Source: Corynebacterium sp. (lineage in GTDB: Bacteria; Actinomycetota; Actinomycetes; Mycobacteriales; Mycobacteriaceae). From it: a DNA stretch of 64,000 nucleotides. The notes under the pieces are model-generated. The model saw only the letters and a program-made list of their open reading frames with translations. It did not search any database and was not told the DNA's origin. The stretch is taken from NCBI GenBank assembly GCA_043426695.1, contig JBHWRM010000109.1, forward strand, positions 24,115 through 88,114. The letters run 5' to 3'. A program made the translations under genes and the position numbers. This document shows positions 1 through 12,276 of the stretch, in pieces. Positions within the stretch are counted from its first letter, which is position 1; each line of letters starts with the position of its first letter.

Positions 1-45
1 GCATCCGGAGGTAGTTTCTGCCTCCGGGGCTCTCAGTAGCCTTCC

Positions 46-81
46 AACCCCGTCTGCGTGTCACACGCGGGCGGGGTTTTT
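46..81 (+). terminator. Intrinsic terminator of the upstream gene (outside the window, probably rpsO by synteny)
   Basis: AACCCCGTCTGCGTG-TCA-CACGCGGGCGGGGTT hairpin followed by a T run; a second hairpin lies at 5-27. Confidence 0.75.
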
Positions 82-201
82 GCTGCGCGCGTGCTAGGCT
101 CGTCGGTGAAATATTGACCGACCTCTAAGCGCCCCTTCGGCACCGATGATCTGAAGACTGCGACGGGCGCTTTTCTGATGAAAGGCCGTGGCACACCCGC
201 T

Positions 202-2475
202 ATGAGCTCCAAGAAAAATAATCTTCCTAAGAACGTCTCCGTTGAGATGGTCGACCCGGATGCAGGGATCTGGGAAGCAACCGCAACCATCGACAACGGG
301 GACTTCGGCTCCCGCACCCTCCGCTTCGAGACCGGCCTGCTGGCACGTCAGGCTGACGGGGCCGTCACCGCGTACCTGGACGAGGACACGATGCTGCTGT
401 CCACGACGACGGCTTCCCGTTCCCCGCGCGAGGGTATCGACTTCTTCCCGCTGACCGTTGACGTCGAGGAGCGCATGTACTCCGCCGGCCGCATCCCGGG
501 CAGCTTCTTCCGTCGCGAGGGGCGCCCGGGTACGGACGCTATCCTCGCTGCCCGCCTCATCGACCGCCCGCTGCGTCCGACCTTCGTCAAGGGGTTGCGC
601 AACGAGGTGCAGGTCGTCATCACCGTGATGTCCATCGACCCGAACGAGATGTACGACGTCCTCGCCATCAACGGCGCGTCCGCATCCACCCAGCTCTCCG
701 GCCTGCCGGTATCCAGCTCGGTCGGCGGCGTGCGCATGGCGCTGGTCGTGGATGAGGAGCACCCGGAGGGTCAGTGGGTGGCCTTCCCGACGCGCGAGCA
801 GGTTTCCCAGTCCGTCTTCGAGCTGGTCGTCGCTGGTCGCGTGACCGAACCGCCGAAGGGAGGCCGGGGCAAGAAGTCCCAGCCGAATGTTGCGGTCATG
901 ATGGTCGAGGCAGGGGCCACCGACAATGTCGTCGAGCGGATCGCCGAGGGCGCACCGGCGCCGACCGAGGCCGTGGTCGCCGAGGGCATCGAGGCTGCCA
1001 AGCCTTTCATCGCCACCCTGTGCGCCGCTCAGGACGCGCTGCGCGACGCGGTGGATACCGAGGCCCGCGAGTTCGAGCTCTTCCCACCGTTCGATGAGGA
1101 TGTTTACTCCGCCGTTGAGGCTGAATGCGATGCGGATGTCGCGCAGATCATGACGATCGCCGATAAGCAGGAGCGCGACGAGTCCCTCGCGGAGAACATG
1201 CAGGAGACCGTTGATGCTCTGATCGAGCAGTTCCCGGAGCGAGAGTCCGAAATCCGTGCGGCTCACAATGACTTGACCCGCACCATCGTGCGTCAGCGCA
1301 TCCTGGAGGACGGCTTCCGCATCGACGGCCGCGACCACACTTCGATTCGCGACTTGGGCATCGTGGTGCAGCTGCTGCCGCGTGCCCACGGCTCCGCACT
1401 CTTCGAGCGTGGCGAGACTCAAATCCTCGGCGTGACCACCTTGGACACCCTGAAGATGGAGCAGACCATCGATTCCCTGGGTCCGGAGACCTCCAAGCGC
1501 TACATCCACCACTACAACTTCCCGCCGTACTCCACCGGCGAGACTGGCCGTGTCGGCAGCCCGAAGCGCCGCGAAATCGGCCACGGTGCTCTGGCTGAGC
1601 GCGCCCTGACCCCGGTGCTGCCGTCTCGCGAGGAGTTCCCATACACCATCCGCCAGGTCTCCGAAGCTCTCGGTTCCAATGGTTCGACCTCCATGGGCTC
1701 CGTGTGCGCCTCCACTCTCTCGCTGTACAACGCCGGCGTCCCACTGAAGGCGCCAGTGGCGGGTATCGCGATGGGCCTGGTTTCCGGTCTCGTCGATGGG
1801 AAGGAGAAGTTCGTCAGCCTTACCGACATCCTCGGTGCCGAGGATGCATTTGGCGACATGGACTTCAAGGTCGCCGGTACTTCCGAGTACGTCACCGCCC
1901 TGCAGCTGGACACCAAGCTCGATGGCCTGCCATCCGAGGTGCTGGCCTCCGCGCTCGGCCAGGCGCGTAGCGCCCGCCTGGAGATCCTGCAGCTGATGGA
2001 GGATGCCATCGACGCGCCTGACCAGATGAGCGAGCTGGCGCCACGCATCACGAAGATCTCCATCCCGCAGAACAAGATCGGTGAGGTCATCGGGCCGAAG
2101 GGCAAGACCATCAACCAGATCACCGAGGAGACCGGAGCCAACATCTCCATCGAGGATGACGGCACCGTCTTCGTCTCCGCCGTGGGTGGCGAGGCCGCTG
2201 AGGCCGCGATCGAGAAGATCAACGCGATTGCTAACCCGCAGCAGCCGAAGGTCGGGGACCGCTTCCTCGGCACGGTTGTGAAGACCACCGCCTTCGGGGC
2301 CTTCATCTCCCTGCTGCCGGGACGCGACGGTCTGCTGCACATCTCGAATATCGGCGGCGACCGCCGGATCGAGAAGGTTGAGGACGAGCTCAACGTCGGC
2401 GACAAGATCCAGGTCGAGATCGCCGATATCGACAACCGGGGCAAGATCTCCCTGGTTCCGGTCGACGAGGACTAA
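202..2475 (+). CDS. pnp: Polyribonucleotide nucleotidyltransferase (PNPase/GpsI)
   Basis: Two RNase PH domains ([29 protein letters not shown]), KH domain ([10 protein letters not shown]) and S1 domain. The ORF opens at 178; ATG 202 is preferred. Confidence 0.97.
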   Translation: MSSKKNNLPKNVSVEMVDPDAGIWEATATIDNGDFGSRTLRFETGLLARQADGAVTAYLDEDTMLLSTTTASRSPREGIDFFPLTVDVEERMYSAGRIPGSFFRREGRPGTDAILAARLIDRPLRPTFVKGLRNEVQVVITVMSIDPNEMYDVLAINGASASTQLSGLPVSSSVGGVRMALVVDEEHPEGQWVAFPTREQVSQSVFELVVAGRVTEPPKGGRGKKSQPNVAVMMVEAGATDNVVERIAEGAPAPTEAVVAEGIEAAKPFIATLCAAQDALRDAVDTEAREFELFPPFDEDVYSAVEAECDADVAQIMTIADKQERDESLAENMQETVDALIEQFPERESEIRAAHNDLTRTIVRQRILEDGFRIDGRDHTSIRDLGIVVQLLPRAHGSALFERGETQILGVTTLDTLKMEQTIDSLGPETSKRYIHHYNFPPYSTGETGRVGSPKRREIGHGALAERALTPVLPSREEFPYTIRQVSEALGSNGSTSMGSVCASTLSLYNAGVPLKAPVAGIAMGLVSGLVDGKEKFVSLTDILGAEDAFGDMDFKVAGTSEYVTALQLDTKLDGLPSEVLASALGQARSARLEILQLMEDAIDAPDQMSELAPRITKISIPQNKIGEVIGPKGKTINQITEETGANISIEDDGTVFVSAVGGEAAEAAIEKINAIANPQQPKVGDRFLGTVVKTTAFGAFISLLPGRDGLLHISNIGGDRRIEKVEDELNVGDKIQVEIADIDNRGKISLVPVDED

Positions 2476-2483
2476 GCGGTTAG

Positions 2484-3362
<879 letters not shown>

Positions 3363-3384
3363 GGGTCGGGCGACGGAGAACGCT

Positions 3385-4149
3385 ATGGCAACACCGGTGG
3401 AACTCGACGTCCAGCTCATCGGGCATACCCAATTCCACGCACCGGCGGATATCGACTGGGAAACGGATACCGATGGCCCGTCCGCGCTTCTCGAATTCGC
3501 TGGGCGCGCGTGCTACGAGACCTGGGATAAACCCAATCCGCACACGGCAACGAATGCGGCCTACCTCCGCCACATCATGGACGTGGGCCACCTCGCGGTA
3601 CTCGAGCACTCCAGCGCCACGATGTACCTGCGCGGTGTGTCTCGCTCCTGTGCCCACGAGGTCATGCGGCACCGGATGTTCTCCTTCAGCCAGCTTTCCC
3701 AGCGCTATGTCCCGGATGACGAGGCACGGGTCATTGTGCCGCGCAGCGTGCAGGATAACCCTGATCTGGAGAAGCTCTTTCTCCAGGCGGCAGACGTCGC
3801 ACACGGCGCCTACACGGAAATCCTGGATAGCCTCAACGAAGACCTCGATGAGGGAGCGAGCACGAGGGTGAACGCTGCGCTGCGGGCCAAGCAAGCCCGA
3901 CAGGCGGCACGTGCTGTCCTGCCGAACGCGGCGGAGACCCGCTTCGTCATGTCCGGCAACTTCCGCAGCTGGCGACACTTCATCGCCATGCGGGCGACCG
4001 AGCACGCCGACCCGGAGATTCGCCGGGTGGCGATCGCATGCCTCGTTGAGCTCCAGTCGATCGCCCCGGAGGTTTTCGAGGACTTCTCGATTACCGAGCT
4101 GCGGGATAAGACCCAGATCGCGACAAGCCCCTACGTCAGCGATATCTAG
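3385..4149 (+). CDS. thyX: FAD-dependent thymidylate synthase
   Basis: RHRMFSFSQLSQRY ThyX motif, AGRACY, ARAVLPNA; lies between dapB and dapA. Confidence 0.96.
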   Translation: MATPVELDVQLIGHTQFHAPADIDWETDTDGPSALLEFAGRACYETWDKPNPHTATNAAYLRHIMDVGHLAVLEHSSATMYLRGVSRSCAHEVMRHRMFSFSQLSQRYVPDDEARVIVPRSVQDNPDLEKLFLQAADVAHGAYTEILDSLNEDLDEGASTRVNAALRAKQARQAARAVLPNAAETRFVMSGNFRSWRHFIAMRATEHADPEIRRVAIACLVELQSIAPEVFEDFSITELRDKTQIATSPYVSDI

Positions 4150-4185
4150 TTCGCGGCGCTGGAGGCGTCGGAAACTGGAGAAAGC

Positions 4186-4211
4186 GCTCCCCGAGAAGGG
4201 ACACGGGGAGC
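4186..4211 (+). terminator. Hairpin after thyX
   Basis: GCTCCCCG/CGGGGAGC inverted repeat with no U tract. Confidence 0.4.
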
Positions 4212-4242
4212 AGCAAATAACCACAAACCTGGTGAAGAAAGG

Positions 4243-4248
4243 TAATCT
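4243..4248 (+). promoter_or_regulatory. SigA -10 element of dapA, leaderless arrangement
   Basis: AGG-TAATCT lies 8 nt before ATG 4257 and resembles the C. glutamicum dapA promoter AGGTAACCT. Confidence 0.65.
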
Positions 4249-4256
4249 TTACACCT

Positions 4257-5159
4257 ATGAGTACAGGTAATGCAGCAATTCGTGGTGCTGAACACTTCGG
4301 AACGGTCTCTGTGGCAATGGTGACGCCATTCCACAAGGACGGGACTATCGACCTGAAGGCGGGCGTGGAGCTTGCCGGGTACCTGGTTGATAAAGGCTGC
4401 GATTCTCTCGTTCTCGCTGGTACGACCGGAGAATCTCCAACCACGACCAACGAGGAGAAGATCAACCTACTCAAGGCGGTTCGCGCTGAGCTCGGCGATA
4501 GCGTCAAGCTGATCGCTGGCACCGGCACGAACAACACCGCGAGCACCATCGAACTCTCCCGGCTGTCGCAGGACGCCGGCGCAGATTCGCTGCTCGTCGT
4601 CACCCCGTACTACTCCCGCCCGAGCCAGGAGGGACTGTTTCAGCACTTCACTGCGGTCGCAGACAGTGTCGACCTCCCGATTTGCCTCTACGACATTCCG
4701 TCTCGCTCGGTCGTTCCCATCGAACTGGACACTATCCAGCGGTTGTCGGAGCACGAAAACATTCAGGCAGTCAAGGACGCCAAGGGCAAGCTTCCGGAGG
4801 CGCTGCAGTTGCTGCAGAACACGGATCTGGCCTGGTACTCCGGCGATGACCCGCTGAACCTGCCGTTCCTTTCGGTCGGTGCGACGGGCTTCATTTCCGT
4901 TATCGGGCACCTGGCCGCGGACAAGCTGCGCGCTCTGCGCGACGCCTATGACCAGGGCAACCTGGCAGGCGCTCAGCAGATCGCGGCGAGCCTGGCCCCG
5001 CTGGAACGTGCCCAGGGACGGCTCGGGGGAGTGACGATGGTGAAGGCGGCACTGAAGCTGCGTGGCAAGGACGTTGGTGCGCCGCGCCTACCAATTTTGG
5101 AAGTAGACCCAGCCGAACTTGATCAGCTGGAACAAGACCTGCAGGATGCAGGAGTTTAA
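4257..5159 (+). CDS. dapA: 4-hydroxy-tetrahydrodipicolinate synthase
   Basis: [18 protein letters not shown], Schiff-base lysine in AVKDA, YSGDD. Confidence 0.97.
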   Translation: MSTGNAAIRGAEHFGTVSVAMVTPFHKDGTIDLKAGVELAGYLVDKGCDSLVLAGTTGESPTTTNEEKINLLKAVRAELGDSVKLIAGTGTNNTASTIELSRLSQDAGADSLLVVTPYYSRPSQEGLFQHFTAVADSVDLPICLYDIPSRSVVPIELDTIQRLSEHENIQAVKDAKGKLPEALQLLQNTDLAWYSGDDPLNLPFLSVGATGFISVIGHLAADKLRALRDAYDQGNLAGAQQIAASLAPLERAQGRLGGVTMVKAALKLRGKDVGAPRLPILEVDPAELDQLEQDLQDAGV

Positions 5160-5168
5160 AAGGATAAT

Positions 5169-7391
5169 ATGACTGAAAATCGTTCTCGGGGACGCAAGGT
5201 AACCCGAAAGGCGGCTCCGCCGAGCGCGGAAACTGCTGCACAATCCGATGCTGGGAACGCGAGCGCTGAGCAGCAGCGCGAGCGTGCCGACAAGGCCCGC
5301 GTGAGCAACGCTGAGGCCGCGACCGTTTTCAACGACGGCGGCCAGCAGGCGGCCCAGAACACCGGCGCCGGCGAAGGCTCCGATAAGGGCGGCCAGCGCT
5401 CCGGCGGCGACAGCAATGGCGATAATAATGGCGGTAACGGCGGGGGCCGTTCTCGTAACCGTCGCTCCCGCGGCCGTGGGCGTTCCAAGGGCTCTCACAA
5501 CGGCGATAAGCAGGGCGGGGATAACCGCAGCGGCCAGAACAATTCCGGTCGCGGTGGAAATAAGTCCAAGTCCGGCGGCCGCAATGGGAATAACAACCGC
5601 CGTGGCCGCGGCGGGGACCGCCGTCGCGGTGCGCTGCAAGCCATGCAGGGTGCGGACCTGACCAAGCGCCTGCCAGAGCCACCGGCCCTGCCCAAGGGCG
5701 GGCTGCGCATCGTCGCTCTCGGCGGTATCTCCGAGATCGGCCGTAACATGACCGTCTTCGAGTACGACGGTCGCCTCCTGCTGATCGACTGTGGCGTGCT
5801 CTTCCCATCCAGCGGTGAGCCGGGCGTGGACCTGATCCTGCCGGACTTCTCCTACCTGGACGATAAGTGGGATCGCGTCGAGGCTCTTGTGATCACCCAC
5901 GGCCACGAGGACCACATCGGTGCGATCCCGTGGCTGCTGAAGCAGCGCGCGGATATCCCGATCGTCGCCTCCCGCTTCACCGCGGCACTCATCCAGGCCA
6001 AGACCCAGGAGCACCGTCAGCGCCCGAAGATCGTCGAGGTCAACGACCAGTCTCACGTGAATTACGGTCCGTTCGACCTGCGTTTCTGGAACGTCAACCA
6101 CTCCATCCCGGACTGCCTTGGCATCGCGCTGAAGACCCCGGCCGGCCTGGTGATCCACACTGGCGATATCAAGCTCGACCAGACCCCGATCGACGGCCGT
6201 CCGACGGACCTGCCGGCGCTGTCGCGCTTCGGCGACGAGGGCGTGGACCTCATGCTCTGCGACTCCACCAACGCCGCAACCCCAGGGTTCTCCGGTTCTG
6301 AGGCGGATGTCGCCCCGACGCTGACCCGCCTGATCCGCGATGCGAAGCAGCGCGTGATTCTGGCGTCCTTCGCCTCTAACGTGGCTCGCATCCAGTCCGC
6401 CGTGAATGCAGCGGTGGCGGCGAATCGCAAGGTGGCCTTCACCGGTCGCTCGATGATCCGAAACATGGAGATCGCAGAGCGCATGGGTTACCTGAACGCC
6501 CCGCGCGGCACCATCGTCTCCATGGACGAGGCCTCCCGCATGGCTCCGCACAAGGTGGTTCTCATCACCACCGGCACCCAGGGTGAGCCGATGGCTGCGC
6601 TGTCGCGCATGGCACGCCGGGAACACCGCCAGATCACCGTCCGCAACGGCGACCTGATCATTCTCTCCTCCTCCCTCGTCCCGGGTAACGAGGAGGCAGT
6701 CTTCGGCGTGATCAACATGCTGTCGCAGATCGGTGCGACGGTGGTCACCAGCCGCGACGCCAACGTCCACACTTCTGGTCACGGTCTGGCAGGAGAGCTG
6801 CTGTTCCTGTACAACGCTGCGCGTCCGCGCAACGCGATGCCGGTACACGGCGAGTGGCGCCACCTGCGCGCTAACCGCGACCTGGCCATCTCGACCGGCG
6901 TGGACCCGAAGAACGTCCCACTGGCCCAGAATGGCGTGGTCGTGGACCTGCATAACGGGCACGCGAAGGTCGTGGGTCAGATTACCGTGGGCAACCTGTA
7001 CGTCGACGGCACCCGCATGGGCGACGTGGACGCGGATACCCTCGAGGACCGCACCGCGATGGCTGAGGGCGGCCTCATCGCCGTGTCTGTTGTCATCGAC
7101 AACCGCACCGGCCGTCCGCTGGAGGCTCCGCACATCCAGGCCAAGGGCTTCTCTGGAGATGCCAAGGACCTGCTCAAGGAGCTCGGCGAGATCGCCGACG
7201 ACGTGATGATGGATCTGGCTGGCGAAGGGGAGAATAACCCTTACCGCATGGCTCAGACCCTGCGTCGTCGCGTGGCCCGGCACGTGTCCGATAAGTGGAA
7301 CCGTAAGCCACTGATCGTCCCGACCGTGGTTCCGATGACCAGTGAGATCGTTGAGGAGCTGGAGGACGCACCGTCCGTGCCTGCTCAGTAA
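5169..7391 (+). CDS. rnj: Ribonuclease J with a long low-complexity N-terminal extension
   Basis: LGGISEIGRNM, THGHEDHIG, HTGDIK, HTSGHG and PVHGE metallo-beta-lactamase/beta-CASP motifs. Confidence 0.96.
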   Translation: MTENRSRGRKVTRKAAPPSAETAAQSDAGNASAEQQRERADKARVSNAEAATVFNDGGQQAAQNTGAGEGSDKGGQRSGGDSNGDNNGGNGGGRSRNRRSRGRGRSKGSHNGDKQGGDNRSGQNNSGRGGNKSKSGGRNGNNNRRGRGGDRRRGALQAMQGADLTKRLPEPPALPKGGLRIVALGGISEIGRNMTVFEYDGRLLLIDCGVLFPSSGEPGVDLILPDFSYLDDKWDRVEALVITHGHEDHIGAIPWLLKQRADIPIVASRFTAALIQAKTQEHRQRPKIVEVNDQSHVNYGPFDLRFWNVNHSIPDCLGIALKTPAGLVIHTGDIKLDQTPIDGRPTDLPALSRFGDEGVDLMLCDSTNAATPGFSGSEADVAPTLTRLIRDAKQRVILASFASNVARIQSAVNAAVAANRKVAFTGRSMIRNMEIAERMGYLNAPRGTIVSMDEASRMAPHKVVLITTGTQGEPMAALSRMARREHRQITVRNGDLIILSSSLVPGNEEAVFGVINMLSQIGATVVTSRDANVHTSGHGLAGELLFLYNAARPRNAMPVHGEWRHLRANRDLAISTGVDPKNVPLAQNGVVVDLHNGHAKVVGQITVGNLYVDGTRMGDVDADTLEDRTAMAEGGLIAVSVVIDNRTGRPLEAPHIQAKGFSGDAKDLLKELGEIADDVMMDLAGEGENNPYRMAQTLRRRVARHVSDKWNRKPLIVPTVVPMTSEIVEELEDAPSVPAQ

Positions 7392-7405
7392 CGACTGAAC
7401 TGACT

Positions 7406-7465
7406 GACCGGGCCGAGGGCTCGCCGTGAAGCACACGGTGACCCCGGCCCGGTCTTCCGTTTCTC
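7406..7465 (+). terminator. Long hairpin terminator after rnj
   Basis: GACCGGGCCG...CGGCCCGGTC stem with an inner CCGTG/CACGG stem and a pyrimidine tail. Confidence 0.65.
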
Positions 7466-7576
7466 CCAGCATTTCTTCGGGCCCGCTGGAGGCGTGGGGG
7501 AGGGGAGTGGCGCGCGTGAAGCACGGATATTCGCGCCACGAATCCCGCTGCGCGGCGTGTTGAAAGTGTTAAACAT

Positions 7577-10500
7577 GTGACTACTGGGACTAATATGGCG
7601 GACATGTCTGTCAGAAACCGTCCCGGCACGTCGCCCTCCCGCAACCGCTCCCGGCGCTCTCACTCTCGCCCCGGTGAGCGGACTTCTCGCCCAGCGGCGA
7701 GGCGCCGTGCCCCACGCACGGGGATCGACGAGGACCTCTCCGTCGACCCGGATGCGTCGACGGCCAAGATCACGAGGCCGGGCGGTGGGGCCTCTGACAT
7801 GGAGTTTGGTAGGACTGGCAGCGCCTATCGCGCCGTTGGCGGAAGCATCAAAACAATCGCGGATTCGGTCGCCAGCGGTATCGGTGGCGCGCTCCGGCGC
7901 CCCCGAAATGAGAATGAGCATGACGGCGCAGCCGAGTCTGCCTCGCACCGATCACAAGCCCGCACATCGAAGAAGAAAGTAGAAGGTTTGGCCTCTCAGC
8001 AGCACCAAGACGGCACCCAGCCGCGGCGTCCCCGACGCAGGAAGTCGGCGGCGAAGGAGGTGGCGCCGGTTGAAGATACGCAGCTCGACGACGAGGGGAA
8101 CTTCTCGGAAGGTCCGCGCCAGATCGGCGGTGGCTTCGACGGCCCGGCTCTCATCAGCGCCGGCGTTGCGGTAGTGCTCGGTGCAACGCTGTGGTTCAAC
8201 GTTGCCGGGGCGGTCGGAAAGGCCATTGCCTACGCTCTGACCTGGGCAATCGGTGTCGGGGCTTATATTGTTCCGTTCGCGCTACTGGGGCTGTTCTGGA
8301 TCCTCATGTTCGGAATCCGCACCACGCAGAGTTCCGACCTGCGCCGCGGCTTGGGGGTGGGGCTTGTCGCGGGTTCTTTGCTGGGGATCATCCATATCTT
8401 CGCCGGTTTGCCGACCAGCACCGCGGACAAGGCCGGAGCCGGCGGCATCGTCGGCCAGTTCATCGGCACGCCGATGTCCGTGGGCTTCAGCAACTACGTC
8501 GCCGTTCCGCTGTTGTTCCTCATCATGATTTACGGCGCCCTGCAGCTCACCGGTCGCACGGTCGCCGAATTCTTCGCCGGCTCCGTGTCCTGGTTGGGAC
8601 TCGACGGCGCGTTCGATGCGCTGCGCGAACGCTTCTCCCGGCATCCGGAGGAGGAGTATGACGACGACCCATACGGCGAAATCGATCAGCGGCTCGATGA
8701 GGCCGTGGACCAGGACGATTACCTGCTGCCGAGCCGCACCCGGAAGACCTCCCCGATGGCCAATTACCCGGTGGAGGAGGAGCCTTCGCAGCCCGCCCGT
8801 CGCCCCCGTCGCCGGAATGCACCCGCACCACGAGCAGCCGCGCCACGGCAGCCGGAGCCACGCGCCGTCGACGACGTCGATGAGCCCCTCCCGCTGGTCT
8901 CCGATACCGATGAGACCTCGGTGCTCGACGTGGCCACTAGCCCGCAACAGTCGACTCCGAGCCGCACGGCCGCACGGGCCCAGCAGCGCTCCGCGATCCC
9001 CACGCCGAGTGAGGAATCTCCGCAGGCTGAGCCCGCTGCCCGACGGGGACAGGCAGAGGAGCCTGCTACCCGGCGGGGACAGGCCGAGGAGCGCGCCGCA
9101 GGGGACAAGGCTGTCAACCAGACTCGCGAGGCCATGCGCCAGGCTATCGTCGCTCGCTCCGGCATCGACGCTGCCGCACTCGCCGCTGATAAGGCCGACG
9201 GGCAGAACGAGAACGGGGACTCCGCCGTGTCGGGGTCGTCCTCGTCCCCAGCTGCGCAGCACGGAGCGGAAGGCAGCTACGTCCTGCCGTCCACCGAACT
9301 GCTGATTCCGGGCGAGCCAGCGAAGGAGCGCAGCGACGCTAATGACCGGATGATCGACGCGATCACAGAGGTCTTCGAGGAATTCAACGTCGACGCCCAC
9401 GTCACCGGCTTCCAGCGCGGTCCGACGGTCACACGCTACGAGATCGAGCTGGGCCCTGGCGTGAAGGTCTCGAAGATTACGAATCTGCAGTCCAACCTCG
9501 CCTACGCGGTGGCCACGGATAATGTCCGACTGCTGACCCCGATCCCGGGCAAGTCCGCCGTCGGTATCGAGGTGCCGAACTCCGACCGCGAGATGGTTCG
9601 CCTCGGCGACGTGCTGAGCTCCCCAGATGTGGTAGCCAGCCAGGACCCGATGCTGATCGGCCTGGGCAAGAACATCGAGGGCGACTTCGTGGGGCACTCG
9701 CTGCAGAAGATGCCACACCTGCTGGTCGCCGGTTCCACCGGCTCCGGTAAGTCCGCGTTTGTGAACTCGATGTTGGTTTCCTTGCTCACCCGCGCCACGC
9801 CCGAGGATGTCCGACTCATCCTCATCGACCCGAAGATGGTGGAGCTCACGCCGTACGAGGGCATCCCGCACCTCATCACTCCAATCATTACCCAGCCAAA
9901 GAAGGCAGCCGCTGCGCTGACCTGGCTCGTGGAGGAGATGGAGCAGCGGTACATGGACATGAAGGCCACCCGCGTGCGTCATATCAAGGACTTCAACCGC
10001 AAGGTCAAGTCCGGGGAGATTACTACTCCGCTGGGCTCGGAGCGCGAATACCGCCCGTACCCGTACATCGTCTGTGTCGTGGACGAGCTCGCGGACCTCA
10101 TGATGACGGCCCCGCGCGAGATCGAGGACGCCATCGTCCGCATTACCCAGAAGGCCCGCGCCGCCGGTATCCACCTGGTCCTGGCGACACAGCGCCCGTC
10201 CGTGGACGTCGTTACCGGCCTGATCAAGACCAACGTGCCGTCGCGCCTGGCCTTCGCAACCAGCTCGCTGACGGACTCCCGCGTGATCCTCGACCAGGCC
10301 GGCGCCGAGAAGCTCATCGGCATGGGCGACGGGCTGTTCATCCCGCAGGGTGCGCCGCGACCCATCCGCATGCAAGGCGCCTTCGTCACCGACGAGGAGA
10401 TCTTCGACGTCGTCGAGGCCGCCAAGGCACAGGCAGAGCCGGACTACACCGAGGGAGTCACCGAGGATAAGTCCGCTGAGGCGAAGAAGAACATCGATGC

Positions 10501-10906
10501 CGACATCGGCGACGACCTCGAGGACCTCATTCAGGCCGTCGAGCTGGTGGTGACGTCCCAGTTCGGCTCGACCTCCATGCTGCAGCGTAAGCTCCGCATC
10601 GGTTTCGCCAAGGCCGGCCGACTGATGGACCTCATGGAGACCCGCGGCGTTGTGGGCCCCTCCGAGGGATCCAAGGCCCGCGAGGTGTTGGTCAAGCCGG
10701 AGGAGCTCGACACCATCATCTGGATGATCAAGGGCGCCAATCCGGAAGACGCCCCGAAGGAAATCGTCGAGGAGGACAACGGCCAGGAAGATTCCGAAGA
10801 TTCGGCACCGGCGGCTGCGTCCAATGTGGACTCGGTCGACGACGGTGGCGACGAGGACACTCAGACGCGCGTTATTCCTGCCAGCCCGCCCTCGGGGGCC
10901 TTCTAA
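7577..10906 (+). CDS. ftsK: DNA translocase FtsK
   Basis: N-terminal TM helices, long linker, GSTGSGKS Walker [18 protein letters not shown], gamma domain [21 protein letters not shown]. The exact start is uncertain (7577 or 7595). Confidence 0.96.
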   Translation: MTTGTNMADMSVRNRPGTSPSRNRSRRSHSRPGERTSRPAARRRAPRTGIDEDLSVDPDASTAKITRPGGGASDMEFGRTGSAYRAVGGSIKTIADSVASGIGGALRRPRNENEHDGAAESASHRSQARTSKKKVEGLASQQHQDGTQPRRPRRRKSAAKEVAPVEDTQLDDEGNFSEGPRQIGGGFDGPALISAGVAVVLGATLWFNVAGAVGKAIAYALTWAIGVGAYIVPFALLGLFWILMFGIRTTQSSDLRRGLGVGLVAGSLLGIIHIFAGLPTSTADKAGAGGIVGQFIGTPMSVGFSNYVAVPLLFLIMIYGALQLTGRTVAEFFAGSVSWLGLDGAFDALRERFSRHPEEEYDDDPYGEIDQRLDEAVDQDDYLLPSRTRKTSPMANYPVEEEPSQPARRPRRRNAPAPRAAAPRQPEPRAVDDVDEPLPLVSDTDETSVLDVATSPQQSTPSRTAARAQQRSAIPTPSEESPQAEPAARRGQAEEPATRRGQAEERAAGDKAVNQTREAMRQAIVARSGIDAAALAADKADGQNENGDSAVSGSSSSPAAQHGAEGSYVLPSTELLIPGEPAKERSDANDRMIDAITEVFEEFNVDAHVTGFQRGPTVTRYEIELGPGVKVSKITNLQSNLAYAVATDNVRLLTPIPGKSAVGIEVPNSDREMVRLGDVLSSPDVVASQDPMLIGLGKNIEGDFVGHSLQKMPHLLVAGSTGSGKSAFVNSMLVSLLTRATPEDVRLILIDPKMVELTPYEGIPHLITPIITQPKKAAAALTWLVEEMEQRYMDMKATRVRHIKDFNRKVKSGEITTPLGSEREYRPYPYIVCVVDELADLMMTAPREIEDAIVRITQKARAAGIHLVLATQRPSVDVVTGLIKTNVPSRLAFATSSLTDSRVILDQAGAEKLIGMGDGLFIPQGAPRPIRMQGAFVTDEEIFDVVEAAKAQAEPDYTEGVTEDKSAEAKKNIDADIGDDLEDLIQAVELVVTSQFGSTSMLQRKLRIGFAKAGRLMDLMETRGVVGPSEGSKAREVLVKPEELDTIIWMIKGANPEDAPKEIVEEDNGQEDSEDSAPAAASNVDSVDDGGDEDTQTRVIPASPPSGAF
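9029..9088 (+). repeat. Imperfect 30-bp tandem repeat in the ftsK linker
   Basis: GAGCCCGCTGCCCGACGGGGACAGGCAGAG / GAGCCTGCTACCCGGCGGGGACAGGCCGAG, encoding [20 protein letters not shown]. Confidence 0.85.
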
Positions 10907-10977
10907 GGCATGCACTGTCGGTGGCCTGAGCTGGGGCTTGCAGTCCCCGGCTTGGTTGCTGGTGTAGCATTACTCCC

Positions 10978-11120
10978 GATGGAGGGGAGTACCCCATCCC
11001 ACGGAGTCGGTCGTCAACACGGCAGAGCGGCGGCGAGCAGGGTTTCATCCATGCCGGTGCGGCACTCACCCGGCCACTCCGGTCAGGCCCGTTTAGCCTG
11101 GCGGGGGAGACCTCCGGTCA
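10978..11120 (+). ncRNA. yybP-ykoY manganese riboswitch
   Basis: GGAGGGGAGTA ... CGTCAACAC ... GGAGACCTCC hallmark motifs; -10 TAGCAT at 10965-10970; directly upstream of a TerC gene. Confidence 0.88.
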
Positions 11121-11150
11121 TTGAACACACTTTAAGGGCCGGAGGGACCA

Positions 11151-12266
11151 ATGGAAGTTAACGCTTTAACCTGGGGCATCACGATCGTGGTGGTGCTCGG
11201 ATTCTTTGTTTTCGATTTCTTCACTCACGTGCGCACGCCGCATGAGCCGACGCTGAAGGAGTCCGCACTCTGGTCGGCGTTTTACGTTGGCCTCTCGATG
11301 GTCTTCGGGGTGTTCCTCTGGTTCACCTGGGGCGAGCCGGGCAACCCCCACCAGCACGGGCTGGAATTCTTTGCCGGCTACATCACCGAGAAGGCACTCA
11401 GCGTCGATAACCTGTTCATCTTCTCGCTGATCCTCACCACGTTTAAGGTCCCTCGTAAGTACCAGCAGAAGGTGCTGCTCGCCGGCATCCTTATGGCGCT
11501 TGCTCTGCGCGGCATTTTCATCTGGCTCGGCGCGGCGGCGATCGCCCGTTGGTCCGATGTGTTCTACCTCTTTGGCATCTTCCTTCTATGGACCGCCGCG
11601 AAGTTGGCCTATGACGAGGTCACCGGGGCTGAAGAGACCGACCTCAACAACATGAAGATCATCCGGATTCTGCGCAAGGCAGTGCCGGTGACGGACAAGG
11701 TCCACTCGGACCGTCTCTTCGTCCGTGAGGACGGTGCGGCTCACGAGGTCGACGGTAAGAAGGCGTCCTCAGGGAAGACCCGACTCATGGTGACTCCGCT
11801 GTTTGTTGCGTTGCTGGCCATCGGCTTCATCGACGTGCTCTTCGCACTGGATTCGATCCCCGCGATCTACGGCATCACCAGCGAGCCCTATATCGTCTTC
11901 ACCGCCAATGCGTTGGCCCTGATGGGGCTGCGCCAGCTGTTCTTCTTGCTGGACGGGTTGCTGGAGAAGCTGGTCTACCTCTCTTACGGGCTGTCCATCA
12001 TCCTCGCCTTCATCGGCGTGAAGCTGGTGCTGCATGCGTTGCACGAGAATAACCTGCCGTTTATCAACGGCGGGGGCAATGTTTCGGTCCCGGAGGTCTC
12101 CGTTGAGTTCTCGCTGATCTTCATCGTCTTGACGCTGGTCATCACGACCGTGTTGAGCCTCACGGTGGGCAAGCGGGACCAGCAGGAGCAGGCCTCGGCG
12201 ACTGAGGACCTCGAGCCCGAACATGCCGGAGATACCGGTTTCGGTAAAGATCCTGCAGGTAGGTAG
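11151..12266 (+). CDS. TerC/Alx-family Mn2+ homeostasis membrane protein
   Basis: EKALSVDNLF, QQKVL, DVLFALDSIPA and GLRQLFF TerC motifs; multiple TM helices. Confidence 0.93.
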   Translation: MEVNALTWGITIVVVLGFFVFDFFTHVRTPHEPTLKESALWSAFYVGLSMVFGVFLWFTWGEPGNPHQHGLEFFAGYITEKALSVDNLFIFSLILTTFKVPRKYQQKVLLAGILMALALRGIFIWLGAAAIARWSDVFYLFGIFLLWTAAKLAYDEVTGAEETDLNNMKIIRILRKAVPVTDKVHSDRLFVREDGAAHEVDGKKASSGKTRLMVTPLFVALLAIGFIDVLFALDSIPAIYGITSEPYIVFTANALALMGLRQLFFLLDGLLEKLVYLSYGLSIILAFIGVKLVLHALHENNLPFINGGGNVSVPEVSVEFSLIFIVLTLVITTVLSLTVGKRDQQEQASATEDLEPEHAGDTGFGKDPAGR

Positions 12267-12276
12267 AATTACCAGC

